A DNA stretch of 28,555 nt from a virus (taxonomy: Duplodnaviria > Caudoviricetes): the IMG/VR virus record IMGVR_UViG_3300000756_000035, positions 1 through 28,555 of that record. One strand, 5' to 3'. Positions within the stretch are counted from its first letter, which is position 1, and the number at the start of each line of letters is the position of its first letter. The translations under genes and the position numbers were made by a program. Below the pieces are notes generated by a model that saw only the letters and a program-made list of their open reading frames with translations, ran no database searches and was not told where the DNA came from. This document shows positions 18,101-25,200 of this stretch, one piece after another.

Positions 18101-20187
18101 GATGTACCAGCTGAACCACTTGTACCGGAAGTGCCACTACTACCACTTGTACCACTACTACCACTTGTGCCACTACTACCACTTGTGCCACGTGTACCAC
18201 TACTACCAGAAGTTCCGGATGTTCCAGATGAACCACTTTCTCCAGATGTCCCACTACTTCCCGATGTTCCGCTACTTCCAGAAGTTCCGGATGTTCCCGA
18301 TGAACCACTTACTCCAGATGTCCCACTACTTCCTGATGTTCCCGAAGTTCCTGAAGTTCCTGAAGTACCACTACTTCCTGCCGAACCACTTACTCCAGAC
18401 GTTCCTGAAGTGCCACTACTTCCTGATGTTCCCGAAGTTCCTGAAGTTCCCGAAATTCCACTACTTCCAGCTGAACCACTTACTCCAGATGTTCCAGATG
18501 AACCACTTTCTCCAGATGTTCCCGAAGTTCCACTACTTCCAGCTGAACCACTTACTCCAGATGTTCCGGATGTACCACTACTTCCACCGGTACCACTTAC
18601 TCCGGATGTACCTGAAGTTCCTGCTGAACCAGATGAACCCTGTATTCCATCCGAACCACTTGTTCCAGAAGTTCCACTTGTTCCAGAAGTTCCAGATGTA
18701 CCTGAAGTTCCTGCTGAACCTGATGAACCTTGTATTCCACTTATTCCAGAAGTTCCTGCTGAACCTGATGTACCAGAAGTTCCTGATGTACCTGAAGTTC
18801 CAGATGTACCTGCCGAACCACCTGTTCCACCTGCTCCAGTTATTCCCGAAGTTCCCGATGTGCCACTCGTACCACTACTACCACTTGTACCACTACTACC
18901 ATCATTTCCACTTGTTCCACCAGTTCCGTTTGTTCCACCTAATCCACCAGCACCGGTTATACCACCACTACCAGCAGTACCACTTGTTCCAGAAGTTCCT
19001 GATGTTCCTGATGTACCTGCTGAGCCGGTTGTACCTGCTGTTCCACTTATACCAGATGAACCGGTTGAGCCGGCAGTACCAGTTGTACCACCACTTCCAG
19101 AAGTTCCACTAGTGCCACTCGTCCCAGCTGAACCAGATGTTCCAGATGAACCATCGGCTCCGCTTGTTCCAGAAGTTCCGGATGTACCTGAAGTTCCAGA
19201 TGTACCTGCCGAACCGGTTGTACCTGCAGAACCCGTACTACCAGATGTACCCGAAGTACCAGACGAACCAGAAGTTCCTGATGTACCGGATGAACCTTCA
19301 CTTCCTGAAGTTCCTGATGAACCTGATGTACCGGATGTACCGGATGTTCCACTAGACCCAGCAGAACCCGTACTACCAGAAGTTCCGGATGTTCCAGAAG
19401 TTCCGGATGTTCCGGATGTTCCAGATGAACCCTCACTTCCTGATGTACCAGAAGTTCCTGAAGTTCCTGATGTGCCTGATGTACCTGCTGAGCCGGTTGT
19501 TCCTGAAGTTCCGGAAGTTCCGGAAGTACCAGATGTTGCGGCTGCAAATTTAGTTCCTATTTTTCCAGTTGTTGCATTAATAACTAAAACTTCATTTGAT
19601 GCATCTGCTGATAATCCTGCTATAAATAATGAACCTGTAATTGCTACACTACCAGTAAATTCTTGTTTATCAGTTTGTGCATCACCAAATTTATTTGAAC
19701 CAGATGCATAGATTATAGATGATGAAATGTATGTTGCAAATAATTCAGTTGTATTTATTTTTCCAGCTACAGTTACATCTCCTTTAAAAATACCACTACC
19801 AGTTACTATTAAAAAATCATTTACAGTAATACCGGTATTGACTCTTAAACCTTGATTTGGTGAAATTTGTGCAATTGCCGAACCGGATTTTAATTTATCC
19901 AAATCACCAATTGATGCTGCACTAATATTAAACAATCCACTACCATCACCTTGAAATAAAGATGCTGTTATAGACCCACTTATTTTTGTATTTCCTTTTA
20001 TTTGTAATGTAGTTCCCGTTGAACTTACGCCAATTTCATCCGTTTGTATCTTAGAAGCAGTAAAGTTTCCTACCACATTTACCGATTCGGATGACGCGTT
20101 TAATATAGATGCGCCGCTCACAAAAAGTGATACACTATTTACACTAGTCTGATTTAAACCATTAGGACTTTTTCCGTTAAACTCCAT
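11719..20187 (-). CDS. Giant modular tail fibre with a Gly-Thr-Ser tract and C-terminal intramolecular chaperone (peptidase S74)
   Basis: 2822 aa: N-terminal GDGSGLFNI module, 480-aa GTS tract, TTTYINTTTLNVGDNIITLN...AGIEVKRG...WNESTDRW fibre motif, 12 YDxDxTGYY joints and an S74 domain. Confidence 0.9.
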   Translation of the reverse strand: MEFNGKSPNGLNQTSVNSVSLFVSGASILNASSESVNVVGNFTASKIQTDEIGVSSTGTTLQIKGNTKISGSITASLFQGDGSGLFNISAASIGDLDKLKSGSAIAQISPNQGLRVNTGITVNDFLIVTGSGIFKGDVTVAGKINTTELFATYISSSIIYASGSNKFGDAQTDKQEFTGSVAITGSLFIAGLSADASNEVLVINATTGKIGTKFAAATSGTSGTSGTSGTTGSAGTSGTSGTSGTSGTSGSEGSSGTSGTSGTSGTSGTSGSTGSAGSSGTSGTSGTSGSSGTSGSEGSSGTSGTSGSSGTSGTSGSTGSAGTTGSAGTSGTSGTSGTSGTSGADGSSGTSGSAGTSGTSGTSGSGGTTGTAGSTGSSGISGTAGTTGSAGTSGTSGTSGTSGTAGSGGITGAGGLGGTNGTGGTSGNDGSSGTSGSSGTSGTSGTSGITGAGGTGGSAGTSGTSGTSGTSGTSGSAGTSGISGIQGSSGSAGTSGTSGTSGTSGTSGTSGSDGIQGSSGSAGTSGTSGVSGTGGSSGTSGTSGVSGSAGSSGTSGTSGESGSSGTSGVSGSAGSSGISGTSGTSGTSGSSGTSGTSGVSGSAGSSGTSGTSGTSGTSGSSGTSGVSGSSGTSGTSGSSGTSGSSGTSGESGSSGTSGTSGSSGTRGTSGSSGTSGSSGTSGSSGTSGTSGSAGTSGLLSLTGTTDNGVITLNGSAPNGTVEANLKFDGSTLTVTGDATISGNLTVSGTTTYINTTTLNVGDNIITLNADIGASTTPTENAGIEVKRGNASTVSFYWNESTDRWYADNTLEVNGNVVLSGTIDTGQGATEVYIMNQHVRTTDNVTHATITATNGVSVTGGDITISNAYPRINLTDTNNDSDYSIINADGTFTIYDVNNAANRLALSSTGVLTYRGLMGGTVGSAVSAFNKNVIFGSNVYNTTWNSGNAVILQIEGYSNDGGDNVYPIYVEDENNIVDFYLNAGNDQSINSKTAYIAGKTGIGTSPNSSYRLLVGGNGAFTSTLDATQFRDYDNTAYFIDAASTSRINALTTDDRVVIGGNFSNQAYSSISSTRLHFGGGDSDAQSNYYIGTNVENYGGSYTKLDLRWHTGIRMGAQAGYGGVRIFDSEDLGTKLFSVGETDTHVRVTNNIYVGGNSYLGNGNADETLVNDTLRVGATDSGDSHFYFGEDSSSWYGDHWYWDSSYTTYRYSRYAGTDSLIHYHDTRDATRITYGRNIVFNNYGIGIVGNYDSTRLQSVFAMGDSYKLPANGTSVGNLYGIAWSHPNFGGVAANLADHGMIILQNGVFKGAWGGGRLVTTEEVRGTIFRDYTDTGYFLDAGTSATSLRIAGGIKQNNLVGRPYAVWGSTGTTGAVVIKFPGNTGNYGMIHAVIDIYEYNGNNACTVIVGGHNWSNNWYNFGATLVGYTDKPVRVGVKDGKYCIVIGNGSSSWSYGQVVLRKIQNGTYYDGVMDVAEGYTAAIESDTYSYISGDLRGFRSTTVTATSAMYSPVYYDSDDTQYKFDGTGGSVFGYGRFNSATSGYSLLIGPNQTTINGVTHVLNDNDRYSLQVNAPYYPHIGIGSTSNGGNTTHGPVLSFQGWKTAGGYRRFVMGIANTNPDELSFGWYDNADNPHYGVGINWSYPASIWYNTNHDFYVRNNVYAYRFYDRDNTGYYADPAGTNNFNQTEQNGRMWFSNYLVSRNEGGMMGSYNSTGTASKVIWTIGESWPIGNMYGLGYEYASSTFLPGDPHVVALRNNGSTYTRLQMNGGIYTTGAIYSTAALYSPIYYDSDNTGYYVNAAGTTNLVYLVVANGNSVQHNAYNNNGSFMMNNASTYWGMMSNVSANDWRLGYGGGNSIVGWNLRWDNGSTAWAQSFQANIMYDAQNTGYYIDPASFTELYGGLRMSGGHGDSTMRLRLLASNNGAGQGVVHLQSWCSEPGNTWSWAGFGYNVDNTYHDGSGPYYFSRPNTSFGQAYMRFSTDGSWYFYNTNTSGTRVTNMELYPNNTVYFNNYASGGNSLRAPIFYDSNDTAYYSDQNSTSQYYRVSVNEYLYARNGNGRIYLNGNLHIDSFSGNSIYMNYYSNLPIRNYGHNYYNGYDHYDVSTGYANGSYRAPIFYDNNNTGYYFNGDGTTNMYAITDYTRRGAFNLGRMLTTRRDITGDQNYWTGTWGWGTSYGNWDTAWESGFGAWDIWGGGTGHPQGGGYVHAQGIVSGQHYTTAGGGAGYGWMMVGAGDATPNRYWARGKWGGSVSGWKEFAMYGGGGSGDLRANVFYDSDDTGYYADFNSTSQQAIRVRGGMFMGPNPTWGAYLRVGSDNRPDGYASVTVTNGNLHLDCQNGYETYINHYNGSRTYLYEVRTNFIYDRDDSGYYLDPNGTSQLSRFANRTHAAMNRGHHWITPRFDYTGDTNYWTGTFGWGTSAGNWDNAWKAGFSGWDIWGGGTGHPQGGGYIHAQGIVSGLHYATSDGGAGYGWMMVGAGDATANRYWARGKWGGGTSSWKEFVMSDHNPGYTLYAYIMYDANNTGYYIDPNGDSRLSAIYINQGYNYGWWRNYDCTGLYNQSYGRGIWAAECGGNPYGNYTTYDGGRNGWQGWGIGSRYTFMSTMGDNCGVHDSARGWIWYMSGAILYLYYAGSDRMSMQPYGVYVNNDIRSPIFYDHDTGYYGDFNSTSRMYRINANYLYSYDWIFAQGNIIAYYSDERLKTKVGNIENPLEKISQLNGFYYVNNNLAKSVGYTDTKVQLGLSAQEVQKVLPEIVHLAPFDTEFDEDGKVIGSKSGENYLTIDYDKLVPLLVEAIKEQQVIIDRQNNDISEIKEMLKILTNNR
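12688..13716 (-). repeat. Direct duplication of a 98-aa Trp/Gly-rich fibre module (13423-13716 and 12688-12981)
   Basis: 81 of 98 aa identical by manual alignment, with no gaps. The copies are 735 nt apart. Confidence 0.95.
18097..19536 (-). repeat. Gly-X-Y (mostly G-T-S, G-S-S, G-S-A) tract, 480 codons
   Basis: Visible in the translation and as degenerate 9-bp periodicity (cctgaagtt/ccagatgta). Confidence 0.97.
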
Positions 20188-20204
20188 TTAATATATCTTT
20201 TTTA

Positions 20205-20537
20205 TTATGTCAATTCCAATACCGAAACAATTACATCTGCCGAATTTGCTAACGAAGATGTTACCGAAAGAAAATCCGTTGCTTCTAATACAATTTTTTG
20301 TTCACCACCTACCATTATATTTGAACCACCTTGTACTATTAAAGCATCTTTTACCAAATATACACATTTATTTCCAGAAGTATCTCTCATCATTACACTT
20401 ACTGAAATATTTTGAGATGCTGCGTTTGCTACATTGACACCAATTATTGTTGCTGATGTTGCAGCTGGTGATTCATATACTTTAACACCTGATGTTCCGA
20501 TTGAACCTGTTATACTATTTTTAAATGTATTTGCCAT
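20205..20537 (-). CDS. Conserved small beta-rich phage virion protein
   Basis: 110 aa, MANTFKN...VYESPAATSATIIGVNVAN...YLVKDALI...KIVLEATD...ADVIVSVLELT. I recall this family following proteins ending in AIALG in aquatic phages. Confidence 0.7.
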   Translation of the reverse strand: MANTFKNSITGSIGTSGVKVYESPAATSATIIGVNVANAASQNISVSVMMRDTSGNKCVYLVKDALIVQGGSNIMVGGEQKIVLEATDFLSVTSSLANSADVIVSVLELT

Positions 20538-20549
20538 TTTTATTTATTT

Positions 20550-20828
20550 TTATCCTAATGCTATTGCAAAAGCTATTGCTGAGTCTAATACGTTTACATT
20601 GTCCACTAAATACCCGCCTGCCGTCAAATTCATTGAACCAGTCATAATAATTGAACCACTAACTGATAATTTATTAGTTATATCTAAGTTGGCAAATGAT
20701 GCTTGTTGTACATCAATTGTACCCTTAAATGAACCGGTTAAAGAACCCGTAAATGAACCACTTAAATTTGCGTAAGCAGATGAAGCTTGTGTAATTGAAC
20801 CCGAAAATATTGGACTATGTATAATCAT
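20550..20828 (-). CDS. Small fibre-like virion protein ending in AIAFAIALG
   Basis: 92 aa with six [S/T]GS motifs and C-terminal SAIAFAIALG. Preceded by the promoter motif. Confidence 0.7.
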   Translation of the reverse strand: MIIHSPIFSGSITQASSAYANLSGSFTGSLTGSFKGTIDVQQASFANLDITNKLSVSGSIIMTGSMNLTAGGYLVDNVNVLDSAIAFAIALG

Positions 20829-20854
20829 CTATATCTATATACTTTTGTTATAGG

Positions 20855-20863
20855 TATAAATAT
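20855..20863 (-). promoter_or_regulatory. Putative late promoter motif ATATTTATA
   Basis: 26 nt upstream of ATG 20828. It would drive the 92-aa, 110-aa and 2822-aa unit. Confidence 0.6.
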
Positions 20864-20877
20864 AAAATAATTTCCTT

Positions 20878-21321
20878 TTAAGGTTTCGCAGGCCAGATAA
20901 TACTAAATGGACTTGGTTGTGTTGTAATATTTCGTAATGCTTGTCTATATGTTGTCCAAGCTTCTTTTGTTTCAGATGGGATATCTGCTAATTGTGTCCA
21001 ATCACATTCTGTCAATAATTCGTTTCGTTGAATTCGGATTGTTTCCCATTGATTTTCTACTCTATAAGAAATTTCTGCAGTGGTAGCATCAGTTTCTACC
21101 CAGCTTTTATAATAAACCCCATCAATTAAAGTAGGAGTTCCTTCCGTAATATTTTTTATGTAATTAACCGGCATTGGAGTTGGTTGTACCACATACATAT
21201 CCCACTCAATTAAAGATTCATCAGTAATTGTTGAAGGTAGGCTTACATTTGGATATGCTTCTCTTAATTCATTAATAGTATATGGATAATTAATCGTATC
21301 GTTTATAATTCTTAAGTACAT
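20878..21321 (-). CDS. Tail fibre assembly chaperone (Phage_tail_APC-like)
   Basis: C-terminal WETIRIQRNELLTECDWTQLAD...AWTTYRQALRNITTQ...IIWPAKP signature. Confidence 0.88.
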   Translation of the reverse strand: MYLRIINDTINYPYTINELREAYPNVSLPSTITDESLIEWDMYVVQPTPMPVNYIKNITEGTPTLIDGVYYKSWVETDATTAEISYRVENQWETIRIQRNELLTECDWTQLADIPSETKEAWTTYRQALRNITTQPSPFSIIWPAKP

Positions 21322-21322
21322 A

Positions 21323-22222
21323 TTATTTAAAGTTTATAGGTATTGATGCGTAATTTGTTAATCCACTACAATTATTAAATGCTTCAGTTCCAGCTGGTGC
21401 AGGTACTCTATTCCACAATTCAGGAGCCGTACCTGTTAAAGCATTTACAGTAGAACTCATATTATATATATTAGTAAAAGTTGTTGCTGCTGTATTATAT
21501 GTAAATTGTAAAACATCAACTATTGCTCTAGAATTTCTAAATGTTCCAGAAAAACTAGTCACATTTACATTTTGGTCAAATAATGTTAATGGTACTGTTG
21601 TTAGAGCTTGGCATGCAAAGAAACAAGATGCAAACGATGCTGCTAAAGGAACATTATCAAATAATCCAGTTGGTATCGATGTTATCGTTGGTATTGATGC
21701 AAATGTACTACTAAATGTTGTTGCTTTTGGTGAATAATCAAATATATCCGAAGGTATTGATGTTATTCTAGTACCATTCATAAAATTAGAAAAAGAAACT
21801 ACCTCACCTAAACCAGTGTATCCACCAAGTGCACTTAATGATGCACTACTAGGTATTGCTGTTAGGTTTGAACAACCATAAAAATTTACACTTCGTAATC
21901 CAACAATTCCCCATTGTACTAATTCTGTTATAAGAGTTCTAATTGCCGAATTATTATTTACTGTAAATCCTGGCATAAATCCACTTATAGTAATTGTATA
22001 AATTCCAGCGGATACAAAAGTATGTATTCTATCTACTGACGTTGATGATGTTATTAGCGGAGAACTACTACTATCACCCCAATCTATATATAGTGATGGT
22101 GTTAATCCACTATAATCAATCAAAGGACAAGTAAATACCGTATTTGCAGTTGTTGTTGTAACTTTAAATACAAAAGGAAAAACACCCCCATCCGATTCTA
22201 CTAATCTTCTAAATATACTCAT
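21323..22222 (-). CDS. Putative fibre-tip adhesin with a PKD-like domain plus BspA/DUF285-like leucine-rich repeats
   Basis: IDWGD...HTFVSAGIYTITISG (PKD-like), then ~25-aa repeats of the form F..C..LT.IP..LFD.....TSF..TF. It lies between the fibre and chaperone genes. Confidence 0.65.
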   Translation of the reverse strand: MSIFRRLVESDGGVFPFVFKVTTTTANTVFTCPLIDYSGLTPSLYIDWGDSSSSPLITSSTSVDRIHTFVSAGIYTITISGFMPGFTVNNNSAIRTLITELVQWGIVGLRSVNFYGCSNLTAIPSSASLSALGGYTGLGEVVSFSNFMNGTRITSIPSDIFDYSPKATTFSSTFASIPTITSIPTGLFDNVPLAASFASCFFACQALTTVPLTLFDQNVNVTSFSGTFRNSRAIVDVLQFTYNTAATTFTNIYNMSSTVNALTGTAPELWNRVPAPAGTEAFNNCSGLTNYASIPINFK

Positions 22223-22229
22223 AACTTTA

Positions 22230-25200
22230 TTAACTTAAATTTTTACCGGTTACAAATCCATAATATGAGCTACCACCATTATAAGTATAGAATACTAAAA
22301 CATCTACACCGGATGATGTTAATATAGGAGATAACCCGCCTACCCAATCAATACTAGCTGGCCATGTTATAGAAAAAGCCCCAGCATTTACAACTACTAA
22401 AGTAAATCCAAATGCATTTGATGCTGGTGGATTACTGAATGCGATTGTTGCAGTTGCGTTGAATTGCCTTCTAAAATTATTTGCTGTTGATAGGTCTAAT
22501 GTTACACTTCCTCCAGTTGCTAAGTCAGAATATGTTTCTCTAAATGTTGTTGAACTTATATATCCACTAGCTCCTATGTTTCCAGTTAAGCTTATTGTAG
22601 TACCATCAAATGTTAAATTAGGTTCGGCTTGAACACCTATTGGTGAATCTATATATGTAAGTACTGCATTATTAGTTGTACCTGTTATCGGAAATCCAGA
22701 TGTTCCAGAAGTTCCCGATGTTACACCAGGAACAGATGTACCACTTGTTCCTCCGCTTCCACCGGTTCCGTTAATTCCAGAAGTTCCCGATGTACCAGAT
22801 GAAAATCCCGGTGCGTTTGTTCCTGAAGTTCCTGCTGAACCACTTTCTCCGGAAGTTCCGGATGTACCAGATGAAAATCCCGGTGCGTTTGTACCAGAAG
22901 TTCCAGCACTTCCACCAGAACCACTTATTCCAGAAGTTCCTGATGTACCGGAAGAAAATCCCGGTGCGTTTGTACCAGAAGTTCCGGATGAACCATCTGC
23001 ACCCGCAGAACCAGTTGAACCATTTGCACCACTCGTACCACTACTACCAAACATTGTACCATTAACACCAGATGTACCAGAAGTTCCTGATGTACCTGAT
23101 GTACCATTAATTCCACTTGTTCCATTTCCTCCAGATGTTCCTGAAGTTCCATCAGTTCCAATTGCTCCACTAGTACCACTACTTCCAAACATTGTACCAT
23201 TAACCCCAGATGTACCAGAAGTTCCTGATGTACCAGAAGTTCCATTTTCTCCAGATGTACCCGAAGTTCCAGATGTTCCTGATGTACCACTACTTCCAAA
23301 CATTGTACCATTTAATCCCGAAGTTCCTGATGTACCTGATGTTCCTGATGAACCACTTTCTCCAGAAGTTCCGGATGTTCCAGAAGTACCAGAAGTACCA
23401 CTACTACCAAACATTGTACCATTAACACCAGAAGTTCCTGATGTGCCAGATGTTCCCGATGAACCACTTACTCCGCTTGTACCAGAAGTTCCATCAGTTC
23501 CATTTGCCCCACTCGTACCACTACTTCCAAAATATGTTCCATCCAATCCAGATGTACCAGAAGTTCCTGCCGAACCACTTGTTCCGTCTAAACCAGAAGT
23601 TCCTGAAGTACCACTTGTTCCATCAAATCCACTTGTACCAGAAGTTCCAAAAAATGTTCCGTCTAAACCAGATGTGCCACTTGTTCCGGATGTGCCACTT
23701 GTTCCAGATGAACCAGCACCACTCGTACCACTACTTCCATCCGCACCACTTGTTCCACTTGTTCCAAAAAATGTTCCGTCTAAACCACTTGTACCAGCTG
23801 AGCCAGATGTTCCATTAGTACCAACTCCAGAAGTTCCACTTGTACCGCTTTCACCGGATGTACCACTAGTACCACTACTACCAAAAAATGTTCCGTCTAA
23901 ACCAGATGTACCCGAAGTTCCGGATGTTCCGGAAGTTCCCGAAGTACCATCACTGCCGGATGTTCCCGAAGTTCCATCAGTTCCACTTATTCCTGATGTA
24001 CCACTACTACCAAAATATGTTCCGTCTAATCCCGATGTACCACTTGTACCCGATGTACCATCAATTCCAGATGTGCCACTCGTGCCACTCGTGCCACTTA
24101 TTCCAGATGTACCACTGCTACCAAAAAATGTTCCGTCTAAACCAGAAGTTCCTGAAGTACCACTTGTTCCACCACTTCCACTCGTACCAGAAGTTCCAGA
24201 AGTTCCAGATGTTCCACTACTACCATTTGTTCCAGAGGTTCCAGATGAACCATCTATACCACTTGTACCAGAAGTACCATCTGAGCCACTTATACCTGAT
24301 GTTCCACTTGTCCCATCAGTTCCAGAAGTACCAGATGTACCGTTTGAACCAGATGTTCCCGAAGTTCCATTTATACCAGAAGTACCCGATGTTCCCTCAG
24401 ACCCATTTGTTCCTGAAGTTCCCGATGTACCTTCACTGCCACTTGTACCAGAAGTTCCATCACTACCGGAAGTTCCAGATGAACCATTAGTTCCTGAAGT
24501 TCCACTAGTACCGTCTGAGCCACTTATACCAGATGTTCCCGAAGTTCCCGAAGTTCCTTCACTACCAGAAGTTCCAGATGAACCATTAGTTCCTGACGTT
24601 CCACTACTACCATCTACCCCACTTGTACCAGAAGTTCCTGCAGAACCGGTTGTACCAGAAGTTCCCGATGTGCCACTAGTTCCATCGGTTCCAGATGTAC
24701 CAGATGTGCCACTAGTTCCATCCGAACCAGTTGTGCCTGAAGTTCCCGAAGTACCATCACTACCAGTTGTACCTGAAGTTCCTGAAGTTCCACTACTTCC
24801 TGCCGAACCAGAAGTTCCCGATGTTCCTGAAGTTCCATCACTACCAGTTGTACCAGATGTTCCTGAAGTTCCAGAAGTTCCTGATGTTCCGGATGAACCT
24901 TCACTACCAGAAGTTCCCGATGTACCACTACTTCCAGAAGTTCCACTAGAACCCGCCGAACCAGTTGTTCCAGATGTTCCAGATGAGCCCGCCGAACCAG
25001 ATGTTCCGGATGTTCCGGAAGTACCAGATGTTCCAGATACACCATCGCTACCAGAAGTTCCGGATGAACCAGAAGTTCCGGATGAACCAGAAGTTCCATT
25101 TTCACCAGATGTTCCAGAAGTACCAGAAGTTCCCGATGAACCATTTGTACCGGCTCCACCACTTGTACCAGAAGTTCCAGAAGTTCCAGAAGTTCCGGAT

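Noticed and set aside
17813-19711. 632-aa plus-strand ORF of (VPEVPD)n and overlapping 372-aa, 166-aa and shorter ORFs
   Set aside because: These are antisense or alternate-frame shadows of the GTS tract, whose codons rarely produce stops in other frames. All credible genes here share one minus-strand layout.
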